DNA from: Parasitella parasitica NRRL 2501
Lineage: Eukaryota > Fungi > Mucoromycota
Direction: 5' to 3'
NCBI GenBank assembly: GCA_025201805.1
Contig: MU619276.1
Location: 7,512 to 71,511 of the forward strand
Length of the DNA: 64,000 bases
Shown: one piece after another, positions 49,820 through 63,083 of the stretch
How positions within the stretch are numbered: position 1 is the stretch's first letter
Layout of the letters: the number at the start of each line of letters is the position of its first letter
Made by a program: the position numbers and the translations under genes
Notes under the pieces: generated by a model
Told to the model about the DNA's origin: nothing
The model's input: only the letters and a program-made list of their open reading frames with translations
The model's database searches: none

Positions 49820-51746
49820 ATAATTTTGACTACAATCATTGTCTGTGGTGTGTGTAGTCTGCTCTTTTTTATTTTATTACGATCACTTGACATTATATAG
49901 TAGTTTCTTTCAACACTCAACATTGATCTCTTATATAAGTAGTAAATTAATAAAAATCATCTTTTAACTGATATATAATCTATCTTACTGAAGTTAATGT
50001 TATCACGACATTACTTTCATCATGGCCAACTCTACTAGTAACTCTTTAGCAACTAAGTTGTTGTGCTTGGCCTTGAAAATGACCACAGCAGCGATTGAAT
50101 AAAAAAGTTATAAGGACTTGAGAATTCTAGGTACAAAACTATTGCTTTTATTGATGTATAAGAATCTGTCTATCTATATCAGATTATGTTTGATAAGTAA
50201 ATGTCAAATAGAATTATAACACAGTGGTAGTCAAAACAAGGCCTATCTCTATATTTAATCAGTTAATCATTATGAGTGTGAATCATTCATCGATAAGTTT
50301 AGCTTCGCAATTTAGGAAAAGTAGAACCAAATAAATGGTTTCTTATACAAGACATTCCATTGGTTACTTCTGTTTATTGTGGTGACATTCAACCTTAGAT
50401 TCGATTAGGAACATTTGCCATAGCAGCCAAGTTGAAATAGTGGTAACCATGGTATTCTATGGATACAACACCAAACATACTAATTAATTTCTTGCCGTAT
50501 TAAACTATGAGAGTTCTTAAGATCAATTTAAGGTCGAAATGCTCTGTTGAGCTGGAATTCGCAGCCCAACTACAGTGTTGTTACAGCATGCTTTGTGGGA
50601 AGTTCGTAATTTTAACGTATATTTAAGAGCGAAGCGTGAGCCTCACAAGTAACTTAATACAAATCAATAGGTACGATGCTGCAGAATATGGCTCTTTTAG
50701 ATAACTGCGATTTTTGGTGAGTTCAATCTAGACTAAGACTTCCCTCCTCACCAAGTATATATTAAAATGCATATCTTCATATGTTGCATCTAAAAGACAT
50801 AGTTTTTGATGTTGTAGGCGCTCGCTCTCTTTGTACTGTTGGGTATTGCATGGAAATGTAACTATCGATGAGAAATTAAAATGTTTTACTGTTCGCACAA
50901 CTCAGATTGCTTAATTGCGAAAGGAACACATAGAATAAGTGTATACACCTGTAATTTTGATCAAAAAGTATTTATTAAAGTGGTTTCGTGTATTATCAAG
51001 GCCAAGTCAACATAGCTAATTTGTGCTCAACCCGCTTGTTTTTAAATCATTGAATTAACACATTCACTAAGGCGAATCCACGGGTTCGAGCATATTACTG
51101 TAAGTATTGTATGCTAAATTTCGCCACAGTTTGTATCTTTAAATATGCTTTACAACTTGAAATTTCGATACTATAGTAAGATGGAGTAAACAATGATGCG
51201 CAAACCTAAAACAGTGAAGTATAGAGCTTTTAGAGTATATAATTCTTTGAAGAGATAGTTGTTATTAAAGAACAACATCGTAGCAATATCGTAGAAGTAT
51301 TGTTATGGCGACAACACGACTTTCGGTTTATTGAAAAAATATGCTTGATCTAGTTCACATCTGTCAACGTATGGCACCAAGTGCAGCCATCATTTATCAG
51401 CATCAGAGTAAACTTTGTGTCGCTTTTCTGTGGCAATCTTGCAATGGTAGCTGGAATCATAACTCAAGTTGCACTTTGTTACTAAGATGGGTGTTCTTTC
51501 GTAATGATCCGTGCACAACAATTACATTTACGAAACAGGTTAAATCAAACGAGCGTGCATCATTTCCATTATTGTAAGCACAGATAACCAAAAACAAATT
51601 ATGATTTTATTATCGTTGGCTTTTTAGTGATATGCTTAGCAAAGCAATTGATCGGGTGCGCATACATAATCAACGAGGTTTGATTTATCACACTTTGAAT
51701 CTTTATGAATGGAAGTTGATATTGCAACTAGTGACCGGTTATCTTT

Positions 51747-51753
51747 TGACTCA
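51747..51753. promoter_or_regulatory. Gcn4/CpcA-type element TGACTCA upstream of ARO1
   Basis: TTGACTCAT lies ~145 bp upstream of the ARO1 ATG, followed by two CCAAT boxes. Confidence 0.5.
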
Positions 51754-51896
51754 TTGTTGCAAATCCAATAGCTTTGACGATCCAATGAAGAATGGTTTCT
51801 GTCAATTTTGAAAGATATCAAGATCATACTTTGCGTATCTTTGCGTCTCTTTCCCTCCTTTTTTATTTTTTTTATTTTATCTTTAAATATAAAAAA

Positions 51897-54800
51897 ATGG
51901 TCAATCCCGATGTGGTGAAAGTCTCTGTTCTTGGAGCAGAGTCGATCATTGTCGGTTTTCATTTAACTGAACATCTTGTACGCGATATTTTAACGAACCT
52001 CCCGGCTTCCAACTATGTTATCATTACAGACACCAATCTGGCTCCCATCTACCTTGAAAAGTATGTTAACGCTTTCAAGAGTGTAAGCAAAGAGATCTTT
52101 AGCACCAAAAACGAAAAAGAGCCTCGTCTTTTTACCCGTATTTTACCACCTGGAGAAATGACCAAGTCTCGCAAAATCAAAGCTGATATTGAAGATTGGC
52201 TTCTCTCCAATGCTGTCACTAGAGATACTTGTTTCCTCGCCATCGGTGGTGGCGTCATTGGCGATTTGGTCGGCTTTGTAGCTGCCACGTTCATGCGTGG
52301 TGCTACGGTCGTTCAAATCCCAACTACTCTGTTAGCTATGGTGGATTCTTCAATTGGCGGCAAAACTGCTATTGATGTACCTGCTGGTAAGAATTTGATA
52401 GGCGCATTTTGGCAACCAAAGCGTATTTTCATGGACCTCGACTTTTTAAACACTTTGCCCGAGCGTGAATTTGCTAACGGTATGGCTGAACTCATCAAGG
52501 TTTGTTTAAACTCTCAATTATTCACAGTAAAAGCTCATATGTATACTGCCAAATAAGACTGCCGCGATTTCAGATGAAAACGATTTCTGTAAGCTCGAAA
52601 ATGGCGTAGAGGCTATTCGTAATGCTGTATTTTGCAGTGGATCAGATGTTCCCGATCAAGGTAAATTTCTATGGATGTGCATGATCATTAAATGAAATTT
52701 GCTAATTTTTTTTTTGTCTCTTGAAAAAAAGGGGCAACCCTGGATACTCGTACAGAAGCTCAGTCTATGCTCATGGATGTTATTTTGGCTTCCGTTAGAT
52801 TCAAGGCATTTGTTGTTACAAGTGATGAAAGAGAAGGAGGTCTCCGTGGTCTCTTGAACTTTGGCCACTCCATCGGCCATGGCATCGAAGCTATTGTATC
52901 TCCCTTGATGCTTCACGGCGAGTGTGTCTCTATCGGTTGCATCAAAGAAGCTGAATTAGCGCGCAATTTGGGCCACCTCAACCAAGTTGCTGTTGGCCGC
53001 TTGGCTCGTTGTTTCGCCTCTTATGGCCTCCCTATCAGCATGGACGAAAAGAAGGTCAAGGATAGAATAGGTAGTCTGCATTGTCATGTCGATGATATCA
53101 TGGAAGTAATGAAGGTGGACAAAAAGAACCAAGGCGATAAGAAGCGTATTGTCATGCTTTCTGCTATTGGCAAGACTCTGGAGCCCCGTGCTTCCATCAT
53201 TGCAGACGCTGATATCCACAAAGTCTTGTCTCCAGAACAGCTAGTTTTGCCTGTTACTGAATCGCCCCAGGGCCCCAGGAAGGAAGTTTCATTGACAACT
53301 CCCGGCTCTAAATCTATCTCTAACCGCGCTCTACTTATTGCTGCATTGGGTACAGGTACTGTGCGAATCAAGAATTTGTTGCATTCAGATGACACTCAGT
53401 TCATGCTGGCCGCTCTCAAGAGTTTGAATGCTGCTGATTTTGAGTGGGAGGAAAATGGCGAGACTTTAGTTGTTCATGGAGGAGGAGGTCGTTTGTCCGT
53501 CCCTGATAAAGAAATATATGTCGGCAACGCAGGCACTGCATCTAGATTCTTGACATCTGTGCTGACACTGATCCCTACGGCTGAAGGTGCCAAGAATCCC
53601 ACTGCCATCTTGACTGGCAACGCCCGCATGAAGCAAAGACCCATTGCTCCTCTGTTGGCTGCCCTCGGGGCTAATGGCGCTGAAATCCAGTCAATCGAAA
53701 AGGAAGGGTTCTTACCTATTGCTGTTACTCCTAATGGTGGTCTCAAGGGCGGCCGCATCGAGTTATCTGCTTCCATTTCGTCTCAATATGTCTCGTCCAT
53801 CTTACTGTGTGCTCCTTATGCTAACAAGCCTGTCGAGCTCGTTTTGACTGGCGGTCAAGTTATCTCCCAGCCTTACATCGACATGACGATCGCCATGATG
53901 GAATCATTCGGCGCTGTTGTCGAACGTCTTCCCGAGAACACTTATAGAATCAAGCAGACTACTTATAAGAACCCTGAACACTATCTTGTAGAATCTGATG
54001 CCAGTTCAGCCACTTATCCATTAGCCATCGCTGCTATCACCGGCACCACCTGCACTGTCACCAGTATCGGCTCTAGTTCTCTCCAAGGTGATGCCACTTT
54101 TGCTATCAACGTACTTCGCCCTATGGGATGTACAGTTGTTCAAACCGAAACCTCAACGACCGTCACCGGTCCTCCTATCGGTCAACTTCGCCCTCTGCCT
54201 CAAATTGACATGGAAACTATGACCGATGCCTTTTTGACAGCCACTGTTTTAGCTGCTGTCACTTCTACTGATGGTAAAAGCGAAAACATCACCCGTATCT
54301 CTGGCATCGCAAACCAAAGAGTCAAGGAATGCAATCGTATCGCTGCTATGGTCCATGAGCTCACCAAATTTGGCGTGGAAACTTCAGAGTTGCCTGATGG
54401 TATTCAAATTCACGGTAAGCCTATCAAGGATCTCAAGGCGCCCAAGGAAGGTGTTCATACCTATGACGATCATCGTATTGCCATGAGCTTCTCTGTATTT
54501 TCTACGGTTGTTCCTCACGGCACCGTCGTCACTGATAAAAAGTGTGTTGAAAAGACTTGGCCCACTTGGTGGGACGACCTCGAGAGCAAGCTCGGTGTGC
54601 GTTTGAATGGCGTAGATCACGGTCTTCGACTAAGCCAAGCTGAAAAGTCTCTCGGCCGCACTTCTCTCAAGGTCAATAAGACGGTGGATAACGGTAAATC
54701 CATGGTTATTGTCGGCATGCGCGGCGTTGGCAAGACTACCCTTGGTCAGTACGCTGCCGAGGTGCTAGGCTTCAAGTTTATTGATGTGGATCATTATTTT

Positions 54801-56840
54801 GAAGAGACATTGAAGACAACTGTCTTTGAATACATCAACACTTGGGGCTGGGACCAATTCCGTGTCAAGGAAACTGCCGCTCTGAAAGAACTGTTGGCAA
54901 AGAATTCTCAGTATGGTTATGGATATGTCATTGCTTGTGGAGGCGGTATTATTGAAACCGCTGAATCTCGTGAAGTGCTGAAGGAACACACCAAGACTGG
55001 TGGCAAGGTCCTGCATTTGGTTCGTGACCTAGATCAAGTTGTGCGTTATTTAAACCGTGACAAGACTCGTCCCATGTACGGCGAAGATATGATGAACGTC
55101 TGGCGTCGCCGTCGTTCTTGGTACAAGGAAGTTTGCAACTTTGAATTCGTTGCTTATGCCAATAGTCTTGTGGATGACGGCTATGTTTCCCCTACAGAAT
55201 GGCTGGCTATCAAGAAAGATCTCCAAAGATTTCTTCATTTCATCAGTGCCCATGACACAAATCATGTTGACACTACTGCTGGCCGCGTAGGTGTTCCTAC
55301 CACATTCGTCTCGCTGACTGCCAAGGATTTGAGCTTGTCCCTGAAAACCTTGAAGGAAATGTGCGAAGGCGCTGATGCTGTCGAACTGCGTGTCGATCTT
55401 TTGCAAAAGCCCGAGGAAAAGGAGGAAATGACAGATATCGAGTACTTTGGCGAGCAACTGGCTATCCTTCGTCGCACTGTCTCCATCCCTGTCATTTTCA
55501 CTGTGAGATCAAAGGGCCAAGCGGGTGCTTTCTCGGACACTGACGAGGAGGGCATGTTTGAACTGCTAAGCTGGGGCCAACGCTGGGGCTGTGAATACAT
55601 TGATGTCGAGATGTGCTGGACTCCTGCAACTATCGAAAAGCTTATTGCCAACAAGGGCGAAAGCCTCATCATTTCTTCATGGCACGATGTCGAGAATGTT
55701 ACGCCTTGGGACGGTAAAGCCATCCAAGTAAAGTATGAGACTGGCGACAAGTATGGTGATATTATCAAGCTGGTTGGCGTTGCTCGGACTTTCCAAGACA
55801 ACATGACATTGGAGACATTCCGTGCTTCCAAGATTGGCGGTAAAGATCTCATTGCCATCAATATGGGCGCTGCTGGTCAGTTGTCTCGTGTCATTAATGA
55901 ATGCTTGACACCCATAACGCATCCTGCTTTGCCTCACAAGGCGGCTCCTGGTCAACTTTCTCTTGCAGAGATAAACAAGGCACGCCATCTTATTGGCCTT
56001 TTGCCCGCTCAATCCTTCTGGTTGATAGGTACGCCTATTCAGCATTCCATGTCTCCTACTCTCCACAACACCGGCTTTGAGGTTCTGGGCCTCCCGCACA
56101 ATTATAAGCTCCTGGAGTGCCATATGGTCGAGTACGCTGAAGATGCCATTCTCAAGGACCCCAATTTCGGCGGTGCGTCTGTTACTATCCCTCACAAGGT
56201 AGCCATCATGAAATACCTCGATCGAGTTACCGAGAATGCCAAGGTGATTGGTGCTGTCAACACAATCTTTGTGCGCGATACTGTTGTCAATGGCGAGAAG
56301 AAGCGAGAATTCGTCGGCGAGAACACCGACTACATTGGTATGAAGCGTCGTATTCAATCATTGATGCTCGACGCCAGCAACCCTCCTGAGCAAGGCCTTG
56401 TTATTGGCGCTGGTGGTACCGCCCGCGCAGCAATCTACACACTGCAAAAGATTGGCATCAGGAAGATCTATCTATGGAATAGAACCATCTCCAAAGCGCA
56501 TGATCTGCAAAAGGCGTTTGAGAATGTGATTGACGTCCAAGTGGTCGACTCGCTGGACTCCAAGATCGAGCCAGGCGTCATTATCTCTACTGTCCCCGCT
56601 GACGCTGGCATTGAATTGCCTGAGCATCTGTACGGCGGCATCAAGGGTATTATCTGCGATATGGCCTACAAGCCTCGCCGCACCAAGCTGCTTCTGCAAG
56701 CCGAGCGCAAGGGATGGTCTTGCGTGGAAGGAATCGAAGTGTTGATATCGCAAGGCATTGCCCAGTTTGAAATCTGGACGGGCAAGCGTGCCCCAGTGGA
56801 TAAGATTGAGGCCCAAGTGTTGGAAAAGTATGAATTGTAA
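51897..56840 (+). CDS. ARO1: Pentafunctional AROM polypeptide (DHQ synthase, EPSP synthase, shikimate kinase, type I DHQase, shikimate dehydrogenase); 2 introns
   Basis: [114 protein letters not shown]. Confidence 0.98.
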
Positions 56841-57009
56841 CTTATCCAATCATGCTTTCCCACTCGAATCACAGCAGTTTTAAAATAGAAATAAAAAATT
56901 AGCAATAGTGTGGAAGACCCCTTGCTCCCTCCTTTCGCTCGTATATTTTATATTCCCCGTCTCTCCTATATAATTTAATAGAAATTATAATCTCTTTGTG
57001 TCCATAACT

Positions 57010-57091
<82 letters not shown>

Positions 57092-57126
57092 CAAATCTCT
57101 TTGTTCTACGCTATATATATCACACA

Positions 57127-59088
57127 ATGAAAGTGCTGTCGCAGCTGCTTGGAAGATACTCCAAAAACCACAAACCATTAATTCTGTTTCGTCTGCCTGA
57201 CACGGACATGCTGTTCTACCGCCTAGCAGACATCGAGCCAATCTTCAAACTGCCACCATTGTCATACAAAATGCCGACATTCAAAAACTGTTACCGTGAT
57301 AACGAAGACACTTATTTAAACACCCAAGTGCTATCTGAAATTGCAGGCCAATTCAACAGACATCTACTAGCTGAACTATGTAAATTAAAACCAAACGACT
57401 ACAATGTGGGTTTGGCCGATGCCATTCTTCAGACACTGCCCGAATTCAAAAGAGCTCCCAAAGAGGAGAATATCTGGGAGTCTGTCCAACTGCCTCTGGA
57501 GAACTTGGAGGATGTCATTGAGCGAGAGGTAAAGACAGAGCCATCCTCACCGCCCAGCGTGAACCAGGTTATTCCGGAAGCTAGAAACAGCGCCATGGCC
57601 TTGGACAAAGTCTTATTAAGCTCCAATGACCTTAGAAGAAGACAAAGGTAAGCTGTTGCCGTGCTTGTTCAATGAGTCTTAATTAATCAGCCATTTAGTA
57701 TCATGGACCTGGAGAAACCTGCAAAAAAGCAAAAGACTTTTAACGGACTCGACCGCGAACAAAGACCCCACTCATCGTCAGGTGTCACCACAGCAGCATC
57801 AGCTGCCGTTGCAGGCACGAAACAGATTCGAAAATTGCACTCGTACCCGCCTGCTATCCACGGAGACGCAGCACCGCAGCAGTATGACGACCCTCTGGTA
57901 TCAAACAAAAAGAGGCTCTCCATCAAGCCCAAGAATGCTCTCAATCTGACGATTTTTGCTCCCTCCTACAATGAGCAGTTGATGGGTGTTAGATCTGCAC
58001 CAATTAACTCTAATTTCTTCAGATCAGCACAGCCACAACATCAATCGCAACAACAACAACAACAGCAGCAGCAGCAGCAGCAGCAACAACCCCACCTACA
58101 TCATCAGCACCAGCACCAGCATCCGCACCTTCATCCTCATCCACAGCATAGACACGTTGTAGGTTCAAGCCTCGCGCCTGCCTCTGCTACTCTTGCAAGG
58201 CATCCCTTCCATCACCAACCATCGCCAAGAAGACACGAGTTTGCTATTCCTCCCATCGTCCCCTCCCAGCAACAACCCCCGCACACAGCCCACCCGGCAA
58301 GCAGAGAAAACATGTCGTATCAGCACTATATCGCATCTCCATCGCTATACGGTAGCCACCCTATTAGCAAACCTCACCCTCCGCCTCCACAATCATCCTC
58401 TTCCGCTGCCGCCGCGGCCGCTGCATATAGCAAGAGAAACCATGAATCACAGCCTCAGATTGCAGTTACAGCTGCCAGCGTTCCCTTGCCGCCAAAGACG
58501 CCCACCACCAACTCGTTTGCAGCTCTCCAGCGCCAGCAATATTTGCAGCCTTTTGAGCATTTATTCGACACCATTGAAACAACCAGGACTCTGAAAACCA
58601 CGCTTGATGATCAAATAAGAAGATCCTCGTCGCTTATGCAAACGCTGCAAGCATCCGCAACAACAATCGAGGGATTGGTAAGAAACCAAGTAAAGGAGGC
58701 CCAGTGGGAAATGATGACACAAATGGAGCAGACAATGGAAGGGCTTGTGCAGCGCATCGAGGCCATTGAGAACCGCCTTGATCGTGCTCACAGTGCCGGC
58801 AATAGCAGTAATGGGAATAGTACAAAGAGGCAGAAATTGCCAGAGCAAAACCCAGCGTCGCTTCCATCGCCTTTGCCCAGCGCTTCAAAGGAAGAGAGAG
58901 CAGCAGCAGAGGATTTAGTTGCGTTTTCAGAGAGGAGGAGAGAGAACCGCCCATCATCTTCAGAAGACCTGCACACGCCGCCAACCATTGTTCGATCCCA
59001 AAACGACATTGGACCTCAAGAATACCACAATATGCTAAATACGTTGCGCGATCGACTTGATCGCCTAGAGAGGCAAATTGAAACTTAA
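57127..59088 (+). CDS. Hypothetical Q/H/P-rich protein with C-terminal coiled coils (one intron ~57648-57699)
   Basis: Two long ORFs joined by a GT-AG intron. Ordered N-terminal domain and QQYLQPFEHLFDTIE...LDDQIRRS helical region. Confidence 0.75.
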
Positions 59089-59699
59089 TGAAACGTATAA
59101 AATATGGATATCAATGAATAAACAATAAAGCATGCACATTAATTGTTGTTGCTTTTACACAGTAACACCAACTGTTGCAGTTGCCGTCGGTTTTGAATAA
59201 CAATCTGCATGAAAAGCGAGGTATTCTACATATACCCCGTTTTACGAATTTCATCAGCAACATCACATATCCTTGCGCTGTTATATAGTAGTAGTATATC
59301 AGACCTCGGTAATACGTCAAATACAATTTGAGAAGGATATGTATACAAACAATAAATCCTGTGTTCTCAGGTGATAACTTTAGACAACTATATTAACAGT
59401 GCAGTCAATGTAAACCTGGGAAAAGATGCGAGAACTCGAAGGGGAAGCGTAAACCACAAACTCAGCATGAATTCATAATGAGTCAAGGACTGTAGCAAAA
59501 TGTATATTCATTCATTGCTCTATAGGACTGAATAAGAAAACTTGTGCATCAACAACCAGACTTTGATTCCTTGGCTAGTTGCTCATCAATTAGTAGCTGA
59601 TAGTGAAAGTGCAGCTACCTTAAATTAGCTAAAGAAAGAAAAAAAAAAGTACTATCAAGACGATTTATTGCTGCTCTACTGACAGATATCACCACCAAC

Positions 59700-62340
59700 A
59701 AATGCCAGGCTGCTTATGTAGTAAAGGGCAGACACTGCATGTTTGCACATTCTCCGATTTGAAAAAGATATGCTGGAGCCATTTGGGTCTGACACGCAGT
59801 GTAAACATCAGCGGCAATGACTATAAAAAGATTGGTATTCACTGTGTGAAATTTAAAAGTAAGTGCAGTTATCTTCGAACCAAGCACTGAAATCGATGCT
59901 GTCAAAATGAGTAATATCAGCACAATATAGCCATTCATAGCTGAACACTGCTCTGAAGATGGCTATAAAATGGAAGGATGTTATACAAAACTTTTCGACC
60001 GAGACACTACCAAGATTAAACAAGTGCCGATTGACATCTACGATGCTTAGGATTTTCTTGAGCATTTTCTATCGGCTGGTAGCTCATTTCCGGATCAAAC
60101 TTTTCCAAAGACGACTGGGACTAAGTCTCTGAAGAACTGTACATTTAGGATTCTATCTTCTACTTGTACCGAGAGATATGTACTACTTGCAAATTGGAAG
60201 GTACGCAGTGCAGTTATGGCGGCACTCTTTAGACAGGTACTGGGAATTATTGTAAATGAGAGCTTTCAAAGCACTAGCACTGGTTGTAAGAGAAGATTCT
60301 CTTCAGAATTGGTGCCTAAATAATACAGAGCATATTAATATACACAATATCAAGGTACTACCAAGGGAAAGCAAAAGTGTTAGATTCATAAAGAACTCTG
60401 ACGGCTTTAAGTTAACTATAAATAACGTCTACTGGTATGTGTATACAACATTACAATAATATGATCCACAGTCTTTTATGAATGCGCATATTTATGTGAC
60501 ATTTTTGTCCATCATCAAAGAAAATAACAATACCTCAGCAAAGATACTGGATCTACTACAGACTGGCATGTTAGAGTGCATCAGTTCTAAAGCGCTTGCT
60601 TGGCTTTGCATTACTTATGAAACGCACCGTATGCTATGTCGGAAACACATGTAGAAGACTAACTGGTAAACGATACGAACAATTAGTCGAATTCACCATG
60701 TAATTTACCATTTTTCAGGACAGAGAAATTATGGCTTGACATTATATATAACTACATTCTTTACAAAGAATCAGTCTATGCTGCCAAGTTCAACTACTTT
60801 GCCACGCTACTAGGTAGCAATACGTTGGCAATGTTGGCTTCTTTTGATGATGAAAGGCATATAATACGGAGAATTTTTAGTGGCTACGATGTGCCCACCA
60901 GTTTGATCAGCTACAAATCAAACGAAACAGTGGCTACTTGTCATGGCAGTTGTACTATTCTTGCAAATTCTCTAACAGCACTTTTAGACGATAAAATTTA
61001 CGATGATTTGGATAAACTCTTGTTCCTTTGCATCATTTTGAATGCAAAATCTAGATCTGACGTTAGATCTATTCAAGCTCTAGGAGATGTCGTAGTTTAT
61101 CTGAACGAGAAGGAGAACAGCAATGGTATGTAGACATATCCAACGCACTCATTTAAAGAGGGTCGTGTAATATAATATATTTATTACCATAGAATTATTG
61201 CTATGGCGCATTCATAAACTATCTTATCTGCATATTGGTAAGCTACCCATCTTGGCTTCAGAGGTTCGAGAAGAAATGCATTTGGTTGACCTTATAGAGA
61301 GTTACGTTTCGTATGAAAGAAATTTGGAGCCGTATTCAACTTTGGAGCAGATTAACAAGTTGCAAACCAAGACCAAAAGCAAACTATACAAAATTTACAG
61401 CTACTTGAATGCCGTCATGCACCTCGATTAAATGCTCAAATGGTTGATAGGATTGCAGACATACTCGAAAATATGTAAGCAGAACAAGAGAGGGAATTAT
61501 CAAAGATATGTCTTGTCCCTATTGACGCAGTTTACATTCATATTTTGGCCGAGCTAGTAACAAACATCCATGTGTGATGTACAAAGAGAGTAGCTCGTTA
61601 TTGACATTGCAACAGATCAAGACAACGACAATATATTTCGCAAAGGTAACGTTGTATTAGAAGTTCTTGCCAACTACAATTGGAAAACTTTTGCAAAGAG
61701 AAGGTTTGCTTGGGTTTGCCTTTTGCATGGCGTGTATTATACTGCTTGTACAGTGGGTGTTCTGTTTGTTCAAGATGTGTTTGGCTACAGCTAAAACTGA
61801 CAAGACTCCAAGATAATTCTGATTATGTATTCACTGTTGCCTTGATGCTCTTTGTCGAAGCTATTTTCGTGGTTCGAGAGTTTCATCAGTTTATGAAATC
61901 AAAGAATTGGAGCTATGTGATGACACTCTACAACTACATTGACTGGTCTGCCTTTCTTATCCCAAATATAACACTGCTGCTACTAGTGACAAATAGCTCA
62001 AATTATGATATGGCAACAAGTGCAAGTATCTAGCAGTTCAAGGATATATTAACCAGCGCCTATCCAGAACAACCTTGGAAGCATATGTACCTTGGTTTCG
62101 TGAGCACAAAGGATACTTTAGCTTTGAGTTACTGAGCAAGTGGTAAGTGTAAAATAAACAATATGAGCGCAAACATTTGCTGCAATTGTCTAGATTCAAT
62201 GTCTGCATACACCTTTTCATCAATTAGGGCGTTACAATGGAAATTATAATCCAAATGACCAAGTCGATTTTTACTGTCTTGGTGACTCTCTTGGCTGTAG
62301 TTTTCGCTTTTACGAATGCCTTTGTAATCTCATTAGCGCT
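59700..62340 (+). pseudogene. Disrupted TRP-like/ion-transport channel gene
   Basis: Fragments in shifting frames: VLEVLANYNWKTFAKRRF (pre-S1), EFHQFMKSKNWSYVMTLYNYIDWSAFLIP (S2-S3), GVTMEIIIQMTKSIFTVLVTLLAVVFAFTNAF (S4-S5 linker/S5). Many stops and frameshifts. Confidence 0.7.
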
Positions 62341-62687
62341 CAGAACCATCCAAAAAATACACTGTGAATGGCAGATGTAGGGATACCTATTGAGATTGGA
62401 ATAAAACCAGTTGCCTTTTCCGGATTTCTTTAGCATTGAGATCTTAACAAGTCAAGTGCTTAGTGCTCATACAAAAAGTATGCAGCAGCCTAGCGCCCGT
62501 TGAGCATATATTACTTTAGAAAATCCTTACATAATGCTAATTGCCGATCCACATGACAGTAACTACAAGAACTGAAAAATTATGGGAATGTACAGTACGG
62601 TACCGTCAGGAAAGCTTATTTGGACGTCACGAAAAAAATCGATGAGTAGTGTTTTCTTTATTCTTACATTTGGTTCTTGACAGGACA

Positions 62688-63083
62688 ACCAGACTTGGAC
62701 TAGCATTTATTACAGGTGCTTATCGACGAACAGCAGGGTTTCATCGCGGGAACGTTTAGTAAGATGGAGCTCACCTGGTCTGCTTAATCCCTTGAGACTT
62801 GGACTCTTTCCCAGTATCGACCAAAGCCTGTCCAAATTTATTTGAACCGCTGTCCATGGATTAATATTGTTGTCTTTCATCACAATCGCATTTGTAATAG
62901 ACCAGACTCGGACTAGTATTTATCATAAATACTTATCGACGAACAGCAGGGTTTCATCGCGGGAACATTTAGTAAGATGGAGCTCGCCTGGTCTGCTTAA
63001 TCCCTTGAGACTTGGACTCTTTCCCAGTATCGACCAAAGCCTGTTCAAATTTATTTGAACCGCTGTCCATGGATTAATATTGT
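62688..63083. repeat. Near-identical direct duplication, ~183-bp unit with 213-bp period
   Basis: accagact...ccatggattaatattgt at 62688-62870 and 62901-63083, with a few substitutions. Confidence 0.92.

Noticed and set aside
49820-51700. Centromere-like or ncRNA-containing ORF-free gap
   Set aside because: It is short, has no LINE flanks, and contains no recognisable structured RNA or repeat.
52956-56905. Long antisense ORFs within ARO1
   Set aside because: Expected shadow of strong codon bias, with no recognisable motifs.
56975-57126. Poly-K / poly-F ORF segments
   Set aside because: Translation of a long T homopolymer upstream of the true ATG (57127); its length is unreliable.
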